Below, in pieces: positions 1 to 10,199 of a stretch of 64,000 nt of DNA. Both the position numbers and the translations under genes were made by a program. A model generated the notes under the pieces. It made no database searches and had not been told where the DNA came from. It worked only from the letters and a program-made list of their open reading frames with translations. Source of the DNA: Candidatus Gastranaerophilales bacterium (GTDB lineage Bacteria > Cyanobacteriota > Vampirovibrionia > Gastranaerophilales > Gastranaerophilaceae). How positions within the stretch are numbered: position 1 is the stretch's first letter; the number at the start of each line of letters is the position of its first letter. The DNA is taken from NCBI GenBank assembly GCA_944325545.1, contig CALVAM010000011.1, positions 2,023-66,022 of the forward strand, written 5' to 3'.

Positions 1-2
1 AA

Positions 3-197
3 GCTGAAGCTTTAGGGCGTTCTATGTTATTTAAAGGTGCTGATGATACAAATCACGATTTGAAAGCATTATTAGAAAACCCTCAAATTGCAGGAAACTC
101 TGATAAAGCTTTCGAATTAGCTTTCAAAATGGCTCAAGATGCAGGTTTAGAAAATCCATATGAAGAAGCTGCAAGTTTTGCAACAACTTCTATGTAA
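3..197 (+). CDS. 3' end of a hypothetical protein, truncated by the window edge
   Basis: Open frame from position 3 (AEALGRSMLFKG...FATTSM) ending TAA at 195-197; no recognisable motif. Confidence 0.7.
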   Translation, partial: AEALGRSMLFKGADDTNHDLKALLENPQIAGNSDKAFELAFKMAQDAGLENPYEEAASFATTSM

Positions 198-267
198 AAA
201 TTTTTTAAAATATATACAGCACTTATCTCTTTATGTTATTATGTTATAAAGAGAGTTGGGGGTATTT

Positions 268-966
268 ATGGAAGAGATGAATAATAAGCCTGTTGTTAAG
301 CTTATTTCTAAGCCTGATAATATGTTGAGAACAATTTACACTGCTGCAAGAACTTGTTATAGTGCGGATTCGCCTATTAATATTTATGACAAGGCAGAAG
401 ATGAAGCTAAAATGCTTAATCTAATAGAAAGAGTTGTAGGTTCAGGACATTATTCTGTTATAGAACATATACAAATTTCTTTTGCTATATCAAACGTTTC
501 AAGAGCTTGTACTCACCAACTTGTTAGACATCGTCATATGTCTTTTTCTCAAAAATCACAAAGATATGTGAAAGAAAAAGGACAATTTGATTATATTATT
601 CCTCCTACAATTGAGAAGAATGAAGAATTAAAAGCTAAATTTATCAGTTTTATGGAAGAAATTTCAAAAATGTATTGTGAATTTACTGATGCGGGAATTC
701 CTGCTGAAGATGCAAGAGCCGTTCTTCCTAATGCTGCTGCTAGTTCCATTGTTGCTAGTTTGAACTTGAGAGAATTAATTCACCTTGCTAATTTAAGACT
801 TTGTACAAGAGCTCAATACGAAATCAGAACACTCATAAAAATGATGTGTGATGAATTAATAAAAGAAGAAGTTTGGCTTAAACCTTATTTAGTACCAAAA
901 TGTGTTAGAAACGGTTTTTGTGATGAAGACAAATCTTGTGGAAGGATGCCTAAAGCGAGCGTATGA
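268..966 (+). CDS. thyX: FAD-dependent thymidylate synthase
   Basis: ThyX motif RHRHMSFSQKSQRY, plus GHYSVIEH, EDAR and LRLC..AQ.EIR; ATG at 268 behind a GGGGGT RBS preferred over TTG at 256. Confidence 0.95.
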   Translation: MEEMNNKPVVKLISKPDNMLRTIYTAARTCYSADSPINIYDKAEDEAKMLNLIERVVGSGHYSVIEHIQISFAISNVSRACTHQLVRHRHMSFSQKSQRYVKEKGQFDYIIPPTIEKNEELKAKFISFMEEISKMYCEFTDAGIPAEDARAVLPNAAASSIVASLNLRELIHLANLRLCTRAQYEIRTLIKMMCDELIKEEVWLKPYLVPKCVRNGFCDEDKSCGRMPKASV

Positions 967-1757
967 AAAAACTCGGTATAGTATTTATAATTCTTTTCAT
1001 TTGTTTAGTTATTTTTCATTTGTTGGTAATCCAGCCTAAAAAATATGTTGAAGAAGATTTATATGACAAAATCATAGAACGCGGAACAATAAAAGTCGGA
1101 ATTAATACTGATTCTAGGCCTTTTGGGTTTTATGATAAAGATTGGAATATTCAAGGATATGATGCCGATTTAGCAAGATATATTGCTCAATATATCTTAA
1201 AAAGTCCTAATGCGGTTGAGTTTTATCCGGTTACTCCTGCTAATAGAATTTTAAAAGTTTCTACAGGTGAGCTTGATATGGTTATCGCAACTATGACAAT
1301 TACTCCGCAAAGAAAAGATATTATAAAATTTTCAATTCCTTATGATTACGCTGGACAAGCTCTTTTAGTCAGATCCAATAGTAAAATAACTTCTATTGCC
1401 GATTTAGCGGGACTTAATGTTGGAGTTGTATTTGGGACTACTGCTGAAAAAAATATGTTAACACTTGCTCCTACTTCTACTATCATTGGTTTTAGAAATT
1501 ATCATGTTGCCTACGAAGCTTTAAAACAAGGAAAAATTGATGCATTAACTTCGGATGATACTATTCTTAGTACTTTTGCGTATGATGATAAAGATGTTAA
1601 ATTACTCCCTAAAAGATATTCTAAAGAACCCTATGGAATTGCTTTAAAGAAAAGTAAAAGCACTAAAAAATTAAAAGAAAACATTGATTTTGCAATAAAA
1701 GATATGCAAAGAAAAAATATTATTACAAGAATTAGAAGAAAATGGCTTAAATTATAG
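963..1757 (+). CDS. Polar amino acid ABC transporter substrate-binding protein (SBP family 3)
   Basis: RGTIKVGI, PFGF, GYDADLA, DMVIATMTITPQR, FSIPY and EPYGIA motifs; N-terminal hydrophobic anchor; ATGA overlap with thyX stop. Confidence 0.9.
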   Translation: MKKLGIVFIILFICLVIFHLLVIQPKKYVEEDLYDKIIERGTIKVGINTDSRPFGFYDKDWNIQGYDADLARYIAQYILKSPNAVEFYPVTPANRILKVSTGELDMVIATMTITPQRKDIIKFSIPYDYAGQALLVRSNSKITSIADLAGLNVGVVFGTTAEKNMLTLAPTSTIIGFRNYHVAYEALKQGKIDALTSDDTILSTFAYDDKDVKLLPKRYSKEPYGIALKKSKSTKKLKENIDFAIKDMQRKNIITRIRRKWLKL

Positions 1758-1758
1758 T

Positions 1759-2157
1759 TTAAGCTTTAACTTTAAACGCAAATTTTTTAAATAACACATA
1801 AGTGAAAATCGCAGCAGCTAAAGTTGCAAAGAATTGTGCTATATATACATTTGAATGAATAAATTTAACAAAAATTTCTAATAAACAAGCATTTATAAAA
1901 TAGCTAAAAATCCAAGTTGTACAGCATTTTAGATATTCTTTTTTCCAATCTCCTTTACTTCTAAAAACAAGGAATTTTTGAGTAGTAAAAGAAACAACAG
2001 AGGATATTAACCAAGCAAGAGCCAAGGCCATTTGATAAACTCTTTCACCAAAAATAATACAGATTAGTGAATAAATTAAATACGAAACACCGGCATTAAA
2101 TCCACCCACAAATAGAAATCTTATTTTATCTGATAAACCAAACCAAAACTTTTTCAA
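1759..2157 (-). CDS. GtrA family membrane protein (putative lipid-linked sugar translocase)
   Basis: IRFLFVGGFN, SFTTQKFLVF, four TM segments, C-terminal KKFAF. Confidence 0.88.
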   Translation of the reverse strand: MKKFWFGLSDKIRFLFVGGFNAGVSYLIYSLICIIFGERVYQMALALAWLISSVVSFTTQKFLVFRSKGDWKKEYLKCCTTWIFSYFINACLLEIFVKFIHSNVYIAQFFATLAAAIFTYVLFKKFAFKVKA

Positions 2158-2227
2158 AAAATCCTCCGACTATTAAATTAATGTCGGCAAAAAGTTTTAA
2201 AAAAACTTTTTGCCGCTATATTAATCC

Positions 2228-4489
2228 TTAAAACTTATATTCAGGAATCACAAATTGTTCATTATTTGCATCTTTTTCTACAAATTTCAAATAATAATCC
2301 AAAGCTTTTTCCTTAGAATTTTGATAAAACTCTTCTGAAATAAGTTCTCTATGTAATTCTGTTCTTTCGCCTGAATAATTACCTAAAACTCTTGAGAATT
2401 TTTCAATCATTTCAAGATTTTCACCACCTGAATAAGCTTTTGTTTTAGCATCTGTTCCGGATGGTCTTATTTCAACATATTTGTCTTTGAATTGTAAATA
2501 AGTTCCATCACCAACAAATTTTACAGAAACAAGATTATCGAAATTTAATTCTGCAAATGCATTATTAAGAACTTTTTTAACTGCTTCAACATCTGCAATG
2601 CCTTCTCTTATTGCAATTGCTAAAGATAAATAGAACATATCATTTTTAGTTCTTAATTTTTCACCTTCTATTTTTGCTAGTTTTAATTTTTCAATATCAG
2701 GTTCTGATTCGTTGTAATAAGAAATATCTTCTCTTACATCAAATTTTGCAATGATATTATTTTCTTCAAAAATTTCAATTAAGTATTCAGAAAGAGTTTT
2801 ATTATCTTCTTCCAATTTAGCAGCTAGAGCAGACGCTACAATAATAGCTTCCGTAGCACTTTTTTCTCTCATAGCAATTGCTTTTCTGCCAGCTAAAGAT
2901 TCAATTAAATCTTCAGAACCCATAATCATACCACCGGATTCTTCGCCTCCGAAAATTAATCTTGGTTGAACGCCCAAATTAATTGAATTTCCGAATACAT
3001 CATCTACAACAACTTCATCTTGAGGATTATTTTTAAGCTGCAATTCTACTTTTTTCATAATATTTGCAATTTCTTTAAATCCTACAGGGACATTTACAAC
3101 TTTAATTCCGTGAGCCTTTGCCCATTCATCCCAAGATAAAGCTGATGCTGTTGTTTTAATCATAAATCTAGGATGATTTTTGAATTTACCGCTTGCTTTT
3201 AATTGTTTTACACGATAATTCATTAACATCAAAAATGCTTGATTTGCACTGTAAACTGTTAATATTCTATCTTCATCCAATTGAATATATGAAATACCGT
3301 ATTCATCCAAATTTGGAACATTTCCACTTGCTTCAATTTGACAAACAGTAAGTCTATCGTGATCTGGGTCTGTAATTAATACAACAGTTCCTATAGGATA
3401 ATCAGCTAAAACTTTTTCATAGTGTAAAGATTCAATCACTGGGAAAAATCTTTCGCCATTAGGTTTTTTAGCAAGAACTGTTGCATCTACAGAATAATCA
3501 TAGAAAACTTTATTTCCTTTTGGATCAGTATCATATTTCCCGATACCGTGGAAGAATGGATCTTCTTCTGTATTATTCCATACAAATTTATCTTGAATAC
3601 CTAACTTTTCTAAAACTCTGCTCAAAGTTCTATAAGCACATCCGCCTACACTCTCAATAAATAATTTAGACTTCATTTTCTTAATGCTATCAAGATTTTG
3701 AGCAACGCCTGATTTTAAATATTCAACATATAAATCTACACCGTCATTCAATTTTGACATTATTTCTTCATCAATTAATTTATCATCACTTGCTGCTATT
3801 TTAATTTCATATTTACCTTCTTTTTCAGTAATATCAAAAATTTCTTGTATTTTATTTACAAATTCTAAAGATTCTTCAGGTAAATATTGGCTTCCTTGAG
3901 AATTTAAATCTTTAGTAGCAGTTTTTACAGAAATACCGTGACTTGAAGTAATATATTCTCCGCCAAGTAAATCAAGTTTGAACGCTAAAAATGAAGCTAA
4001 CCATATTGGGATGGTTTTTCTTTCCTTTGGAGTTAAAGTCTTAATACCTTGAGCAGCTTGTATTCTTGCAATAGCATCCAAATACAAATCTGAATTATAT
4101 CTTACTTCACTTCCCACAAGTTTTATAATTTCTTTTCCTGCATATTTTTCTCTTGCGACAAGTGCTTTAGCTAAAGTTGCTAAAACAATTCCAACTAAAT
4201 TAATAGGAAATCTTGTATCTTGAGGATATAAAATGTTTTGTGGACCTCTAATACCTGCTGTTGATACTTTTGCTTCTTTTGAATAATTTGCAAACCAATC
4301 TAGTAAATTTAATCCTTCTGGATTTTCTGAACTATGAGGATATAGGTGTTCTCTTTTTAATGTAAAAGTAAACTCACCTTTATTATCAAAATCCATTAGA
4401 TTCATATTTTTAATATAATCAGGAGTTTTATCAAAAACATTTTTGAACAACTCTTTTTCTAATTCACTTTTTGCTTCTTTTTTAATCAT
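2228..4489 (-). CDS. Alpha-D-phosphohexomutase (phosphoglucomutase/phosphomannomutase family), long form
   Basis: STAGIRG, phosphoserine loop ITSSHG, metal loop DPDHDR, GGEESGG, IRPSGT; ATG at 4489 has an AGGGAG RBS, preferred over 4570. Confidence 0.88.
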   Translation of the reverse strand: MIKKEAKSELEKELFKNVFDKTPDYIKNMNLMDFDNKGEFTFTLKREHLYPHSSENPEGLNLLDWFANYSKEAKVSTAGIRGPQNILYPQDTRFPINLVGIVLATLAKALVAREKYAGKEIIKLVGSEVRYNSDLYLDAIARIQAAQGIKTLTPKERKTIPIWLASFLAFKLDLLGGEYITSSHGISVKTATKDLNSQGSQYLPEESLEFVNKIQEIFDITEKEGKYEIKIAASDDKLIDEEIMSKLNDGVDLYVEYLKSGVAQNLDSIKKMKSKLFIESVGGCAYRTLSRVLEKLGIQDKFVWNNTEEDPFFHGIGKYDTDPKGNKVFYDYSVDATVLAKKPNGERFFPVIESLHYEKVLADYPIGTVVLITDPDHDRLTVCQIEASGNVPNLDEYGISYIQLDEDRILTVYSANQAFLMLMNYRVKQLKASGKFKNHPRFMIKTTASALSWDEWAKAHGIKVVNVPVGFKEIANIMKKVELQLKNNPQDEVVVDDVFGNSINLGVQPRLIFGGEESGGMIMGSEDLIESLAGRKAIAMREKSATEAIIVASALAAKLEEDNKTLSEYLIEIFEENNIIAKFDVREDISYYNESEPDIEKLKLAKIEGEKLRTKNDMFYLSLAIAIREGIADVEAVKKVLNNAFAELNFDNLVSVKFVGDGTYLQFKDKYVEIRPSGTDAKTKAYSGGENLEMIEKFSRVLGNYSGERTELHRELISEEFYQNSKEKALDYYLKFVEKDANNEQFVIPEYKF

Positions 4490-4614
4490 AAAAAGTTTCT
4501 CCCTATCTAAAATATATCTTAAATTATACCATACATATTTTATTTCTTTATATAAAAAATGGTTAGACAAAAATATCTAACCATTTTTGAGTTATTAATT
4601 TCTATATTATTTTT

Positions 4615-7011
4615 TTAAATAAACAGGTTGGAATTAGCAGAAGAGCTTTCTTGAATATATTTAGCAACTCCTCCGATTTCAACTCCATCAATTAATTCTT
4701 CTTCTTTAATCCCCATAACATCCATTGACATATTGCAGGCAATAAATTTTACTCCATTATCTTGAGCCTGTTTAATAAGTTCATTTAGTGTAGAAACATT
4801 TTTATTTTTCATAACCCATTTCATCATAATGGAGCCCATTCCACCCATATTCATTTTAGAAAGAGTTAATTTATCAGCACCTTTAGGCATCATCATCCCA
4901 AACATTTTATCAATAAGACCTTTTTTAACATTTTTATCTGGACGTCTTAAAATATTTAATCCCCAGAAAGTAAAGAATAAAGTAACATCTTTTCCTGCTG
5001 CCTTGGCACCATTTGCGATAATCATTGCAGCAAGTGCTTTATCCAAATCATTTGAAAAAACTACTATCGTTTGAGAATTTCCGACATTTAAAACTTTGTT
5101 TTCATTAGTATCTTTGTTGCCTTTTTGAATAACAGCCCTAATAATTTTATTTTCTACTCTTAAACCTAAAAGTTTATTCCCTGTAGAATTACACCATGCA
5201 TCAATATCGGATTTAAATCCTCTGTCTGTTGATGTAACTTCTAAAATATCACCGTCATTAACTTCAATAATTTTAGATGCAACCTTCATAATCGGTCCGG
5301 GACATTGAAGTCCGCAAGCATCTATTTTGATTCTTTCACCACTATTTATAGAAGAAATATTATTAGCACTTACTAAAGATTGAACTTTAGATTTTTTCTC
5401 AATATTACCTACTTTATCTTTTTTCAATTCTTTATACAAAGAAATTCCGCCCATCAAAGAATACACATTATTAAATCCGTTTTGGATTAAAATTCTTGAA
5501 GCTACATAACTGTTATATCCTGTATTACAGAATAAAATAACTTTTTCATTCTTAGGAATTTCATTTAATCTTGTTCTTATCTCTTCAACAGGAATATTTT
5601 TAGCACTTCCAATCGTTGCTATTTCAAATATTTCACGCGGTCTTACATCAATTAGATAAGCACCTTCTAAATCTTCATAATACGCAGGTTTAATAAAGCC
5701 TCTTAAAATATTATCAGCATTCATTCCCAAAATATTAACCCCGTCCTTAGCAGAAGAATAAGGTGGAGCATAACATAATTCACTATCTAAAAGTTCTTGA
5801 ACAGTTCCGTTATTTCTCATAACAGAAGCTATAACATCAATTCTTTTTTCAACTCCGTCAACTCCAACCGCTTGAGCTCCAAAGATTTTTCCTGAATTAT
5901 CAAACAAAAGTTTATAACAAATTTGAGTTGAATTAGGATAATATCCGGCATGATCTCTTGAAAATACAAAAGTTTTCCAATAATCAACACCTCTTTGTAT
6001 AAGTTGTTTTTCATTATTCCCCACTGATGCTACAGTTAAATCAAAAACTTTTAAAACAGAAGTACCTTGTGATTTTTTATAAGTTGATTCAATACCGCAA
6101 ATATTATCTGCAATAATTCTGCCTTGTCTATTCGCAGGACCTGCAAGAGGAATTAAAGAATAATTATCAGATACAAAATCTTTAACTTCCACTCCATCGC
6201 CGCCTGCATAAATATCAGGATTAGAAGTCTGCATTCTATCATTTACAACAATACCTCTATTAACTTCTAAACCAGCATTTTTAGCGATTTCAATTTCAGG
6301 TCTTACTCCGATTGCCATTATTACGATATCAAATTCTATTTCTTTAGACGATGATAGAATAATTTTATTACCATCAAATTTTTGAACTCCATCACCTAAA
6401 ATTAATTCAACACCTCTATCACGCATTTCATTTTGTGCAAAAGCTGCAATTTCCCAATCTACAGGTGCTAAAATCTGTTTTTGCATCTCTACCAAAGATG
6501 TTTCCAAACCCATTTCAACAAGGTTTTCTGCCATCTCTACTCCTATAAAACCACCACCGATTACTACAGCTTTTTTACAATTGTTCTCTTTTATATATTC
6601 TTTTATTTTATCTGCATCATATAAAGTACGAAGCGTAAAAATTTTATCCTTTGGTAAACCTTCAAATTCAGGAACAAAAGGGCTTGCTCCTTGAGCTAAT
6701 ACTAATTTATCATATGAAATCTCTTCATTGTTTTCTAATTTAACTGTTTTTAGTTCAGGATTTATACTAACAACTTTAGAAAATAATCTAACTTCTATAT
6801 TTAATAAATTATGAAATTTTTGAGGAGAAGATACCAAAATCTTTTCTCTTTCATCAATTACTCCTGAAACATAATAAGGTAAACCGCAATTAGCTATAGA
6901 AGTTTCACCTGTTTTTTCTAAAACTATTATTTCAGCATTCTCATCTAATCTTCTTATTCTTGCAGCAGCACTCGCTCCGCAAGCTCCTCCGCCTATTATT
7001 ACTACTCTCAT
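4615..7011 (-). CDS. CoA-disulfide/persulfide reductase fused to rhodanese, TusA/SirA and DsrE/F domains
   Basis: GGGACG FAD motif, ANCGLPY redox Cys, GGGFIGVE NAD(P)H motif, YAPPY; rhodanese FCNTG; TusA IDACGLQCPGP; DsrE TLFFTFWGL and IACNMSMDVMG. Confidence 0.92.
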   Translation of the reverse strand: MRVVIIGGGACGASAAARIRRLDENAEIIVLEKTGETSIANCGLPYYVSGVIDEREKILVSSPQKFHNLLNIEVRLFSKVVSINPELKTVKLENNEEISYDKLVLAQGASPFVPEFEGLPKDKIFTLRTLYDADKIKEYIKENNCKKAVVIGGGFIGVEMAENLVEMGLETSLVEMQKQILAPVDWEIAAFAQNEMRDRGVELILGDGVQKFDGNKIILSSSKEIEFDIVIMAIGVRPEIEIAKNAGLEVNRGIVVNDRMQTSNPDIYAGGDGVEVKDFVSDNYSLIPLAGPANRQGRIIADNICGIESTYKKSQGTSVLKVFDLTVASVGNNEKQLIQRGVDYWKTFVFSRDHAGYYPNSTQICYKLLFDNSGKIFGAQAVGVDGVEKRIDVIASVMRNNGTVQELLDSELCYAPPYSSAKDGVNILGMNADNILRGFIKPAYYEDLEGAYLIDVRPREIFEIATIGSAKNIPVEEIRTRLNEIPKNEKVILFCNTGYNSYVASRILIQNGFNNVYSLMGGISLYKELKKDKVGNIEKKSKVQSLVSANNISSINSGERIKIDACGLQCPGPIMKVASKIIEVNDGDILEVTSTDRGFKSDIDAWCNSTGNKLLGLRVENKIIRAVIQKGNKDTNENKVLNVGNSQTIVVFSNDLDKALAAMIIANGAKAAGKDVTLFFTFWGLNILRRPDKNVKKGLIDKMFGMMMPKGADKLTLSKMNMGGMGSIMMKWVMKNKNVSTLNELIKQAQDNGVKFIACNMSMDVMGIKEEELIDGVEIGGVAKYIQESSSANSNLFI

Positions 7012-7121
7012 ATATTCTCCTTAATTTTCCTATTTATTTTTAAGATACCATATTTATTTTTCACAAACAATTTTATATATTTTTTCTTAATATTTATGCT
7101 AAAGTATATTAGAGATTTATT

Positions 7122-8288
7122 ATGTTATACGATGAAGCTATAAAATTATTGACGAATAAAGGCAATTTTTACATAGATTTAGGTTTAGAAAGAATTTCTA
7201 AAGTCTTAGATTTATTTAATAATCCTCAAGATAAGCTTAAATATATTCATGTTGCTGGAACTAACGGAAAAGGCTCTGTTTGTTCTATTTTGGCTTCTAT
7301 TTTACAAGAAGCCGGTTATAAAACAGGACTTTACACAAGTCCGCATATTTGGGAATACACAGAAAGAATTAAGATTAATGGTAACGATATTCCTAAAGAA
7401 GAGTTCAGTCAACTTATTTATGAAGTCACAACAAAAATTAATGAAAATAAAATTCATTTAACAGAGTTTGAAATATTAACAGTTGTTATGTTTTTGTACT
7501 TTCAAAAAAATAATGTTGATATAGTTGTTTTAGAAACAGGACTTGGCGGTAGATTGGATGCTACAAATGTAATTAAAAATAATCTATGTTCAATAATTAC
7601 TCAAATTGATTTGGATCATACTGATAGATTAGGTAAAACAAAAGATGAAATAGCTTATGAAAAGGCTGGTATAATAAAGAAAAATTGTCCTGTTATTACA
7701 AGTATGGGATATGAAGCAATAAGAGATAAAGCAGATGAAGAAAATTCTATGTTTATTCTTGCAACACCTTTTGTTAATCCTATTTTTATAGAAGCTCTTT
7801 CTTTAAAAGGTATGCACCAAATTGAAAATTTGGCTCTTGCAGTTAATGCTATTAATTATTTATTCAAAGATATTTCTGATGAAACTATTATTGAAGGTTT
7901 AAAAAAAGTTAAAAATCCTTGCAGATTTCAATATATTCCTGAAAAAAATTTAATAATTGATGCTTCTCATAACCCTAATGGAATAAAAGCTTTAAGAGAA
8001 AATTTGGATTATTATTTCCCTAATGATAAACGAAGATTTATTTTCGGATGTTTAAATACTAAAGACTATGAAAAAATGATGAGTATTTTATTTAAAGAAG
8101 ATGATGAAGTTTTTATAAATGAATTTGATTATCCAAATGCTTGTACTTATGATGAATTAAAAGTTAAATGCCCTATAAGTGTTAAAAAATATAATCATTG
8201 TCTGAATTTAGATTTTGATAAATTAACAATAATTTGCGGTTCATTTTATATGATAGGAAATATGAAAGAATTAAAAAATTTTCTTTAA
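7122..8288 (+). CDS. folC: Folylpolyglutamate synthase/dihydrofolate synthase
   Basis: IHVAGTNGKGS, YTSPH, ETGLGGRLDATN, DHTDRLG, EKAGI, IDASHN, CGSFY. Confidence 0.95.
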   Translation: MLYDEAIKLLTNKGNFYIDLGLERISKVLDLFNNPQDKLKYIHVAGTNGKGSVCSILASILQEAGYKTGLYTSPHIWEYTERIKINGNDIPKEEFSQLIYEVTTKINENKIHLTEFEILTVVMFLYFQKNNVDIVVLETGLGGRLDATNVIKNNLCSIITQIDLDHTDRLGKTKDEIAYEKAGIIKKNCPVITSMGYEAIRDKADEENSMFILATPFVNPIFIEALSLKGMHQIENLALAVNAINYLFKDISDETIIEGLKKVKNPCRFQYIPEKNLIIDASHNPNGIKALRENLDYYFPNDKRRFIFGCLNTKDYEKMMSILFKEDDEVFINEFDYPNACTYDELKVKCPISVKKYNHCLNLDFDKLTIICGSFYMIGNMKELKNFL

Positions 8289-8290
8289 TT

Positions 8291-9157
8291 TTATTCTTCC
8301 CAAATATCAAAAAAATTATAAAATTGATGCGGATATTTAAGCGTATATTTTTCTAAAAATTCTACATATTTATTTTCTAATTCTTCTATGATTTCGGATT
8401 TATTAGTTTTAGTGGGAATAAATTTTTCAATTATAACTCGATATTTTTTACCTTCTTTTACACATAAAATAAAACGAATAGGAGCTTCCAGCATCAGGGC
8501 AAATCTTATTACACCAAGAGGGAGAGATATTGTTTTACCAAGAAAAGTTTTTTTATAGATTTTATCGGCATTTTGTGCGGATATTCTATCTCCTGCCATA
8601 AAAACATTTTCACCTTGTTTAAGTTTTTCTGAAATTAAAATCGATGTATTTAAATTAATTTCTTCTATAGGAAAAGTATCTAAAGCTACTTTTTTTTCAA
8701 ATGTATTGAGAAATTTCCTGAATATTTCACAAACATTTGCCTGCAAAAAGACGTTTACTTTTGTATTTTTATAATCCTCTAATAAACTTCTTAAAATCTC
8801 CACATTTCCAATATGAGTTGTTAAATAAAACACTCCTGTTTCAAAATCCGAATCTTCATATACAAAATTTTTATTATCAAAATCTCCTAAAAATGATAGT
8901 ATTTTATCGACAAGAGAATTGCCATAATTAATAAATTGTATCCAAGAATCCAATAAAATATTTTTACGACCTAAAATTTTAAAGAATTTTTCAGAAGCTT
9001 TTCTTCTATCTTTTGCCTTAAAAAAAGTTATTAAAACAACAAAAAAAGCTATTATTCTTAAGATATTTTTTCCAAAAATTTTATATAGATAAAAACTTAA
9101 TATGAGTCTTTTTTCACCGGCTCCGCTTTCAGAGAGTTGAAACCAATTTTTACGCAT
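8291..9157 (-). CDS. LpxL-like acyltransferase, resembling the acyltransferase half of aryl-polyene ApeJ
   Basis: WFQLSESG start, TTHIGNVE (HxxxxE-type), MAGDR, FLGK, W/FYNFFDIW-type C-terminus; last gene of the ape-like operon. Confidence 0.75.
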   Translation of the reverse strand: MRKNWFQLSESGAGEKRLILSFYLYKIFGKNILRIIAFFVVLITFFKAKDRRKASEKFFKILGRKNILLDSWIQFINYGNSLVDKILSFLGDFDNKNFVYEDSDFETGVFYLTTHIGNVEILRSLLEDYKNTKVNVFLQANVCEIFRKFLNTFEKKVALDTFPIEEINLNTSILISEKLKQGENVFMAGDRISAQNADKIYKKTFLGKTISLPLGVIRFALMLEAPIRFILCVKEGKKYRVIIEKFIPTKTNKSEIIEELENKYVEFLEKYTLKYPHQFYNFFDIWEE

Positions 9158-10199
9158 TTTTTACACACTCCAAAAGTGTATAATCAAATGCACCAAGATT
9201 ATCGTAAATATAGTTTATTCTTAGTCCTGATTTTTCAATAATTTTTTCCATATCAGAATAAGAATACATTTTACTGCAACCGTTTGCCATTGCTGTAAAA
9301 TATAATGATGTATGAACTAAAGAATATTTTGCACCCACAAATCTTTGTCTATCAATAAAAGGTTCTAAAATATAGATTTTTATATCATCTGAACTTGTTT
9401 TTACTAATCTTTTTAATATAAATTCAATTTGTTCCTTAGAAAAACAATCCAAAAACTGACTCATTAAAATTGCACCTGACATTTTTGGAAGTTTGGATTT
9501 TTCGTCTAAAATATCGGCAGAATGGAATTTACATCCTGCAAGCTCTTTATCATTTTTTATTACTTCAATATTTTCTTTTAAATCAATCATAGTAATATCA
9601 ATTTTAGGATTATTTTTCAAGCAAATTCTTTCAAACCTACCTGTATTTCCACCAATATCAAAGATTTTTTCACTATTTTCAATAATTTTATAAATGATAT
9701 TAAAACAATTATCTGAATAGAAATGATCGAATTCATACCAACTTTTTTTTATTACTTCAGGTAATCTTGATAGATAAGGATATATTGTCTTAGCTTCCGG
9801 AAATAGTTTTTTTATGCCCTCTGGAGAAGATTTTTCAAACGATGATTTTAACTCATCGGCTCCTAAATAGCATACATCTTTTACAAAATTAAAATTAACC
9901 CTTGTCATTTCATCATATAAAAATGTTTTTCCAAGTTGAGTAATATAAAATTTATCTTCTTTTTTCTCTACTATTTCTATCGCTTCAGCTACTTCTAAAA
10001 GTGTGTTCACAGTATATTCTGAAAGCTCTAAAATCTTTTGAATTTCTTCAATACTTTTAGGACTCTCATCTATAGTTTTTAAAATCCCAAATTCAAGCAT
10101 AGAATTTATTGCCTGAAAGCTCAAAGGTGCGAATGCTATTTTTTGAGCTTCTGTTAGTGATTTTATAATATTCTTTTTATGTTTATCTCTATTGTTCAT
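9150..10199 (-). CDS. SAM-dependent O-methyltransferase with N-terminal dimerisation/wHTH domain
   Basis: EAQKIAFAP, SAM-binding IFDIGGNTG, MSQFLDCF, ANGCSKMY. Confidence 0.85.
   Translation of the reverse strand: MNNRDKHKKNIIKSLTEAQKIAFAPLSFQAINSMLEFGILKTIDESPKSIEEIQKILELSEYTVNTLLEVAEAIEIVEKKEDKFYITQLGKTFLYDEMTRVNFNFVKDVCYLGADELKSSFEKSSPEGIKKLFPEAKTIYPYLSRLPEVIKKSWYEFDHFYSDNCFNIIYKIIENSEKIFDIGGNTGRFERICLKNNPKIDITMIDLKENIEVIKNDKELAGCKFHSADILDEKSKLPKMSGAILMSQFLDCFSKEQIEFILKRLVKTSSDDIKIYILEPFIDRQRFVGAKYSLVHTSLYFTAMANGCSKMYSYSDMEKIIEKSGLRINYIYDNLGAFDYTLLECVKNA

Noticed and set aside
963-1757. Orphan substrate-binding protein lacking permease and ATPase
   Set aside because: Orphan SBP family 3 genes are common
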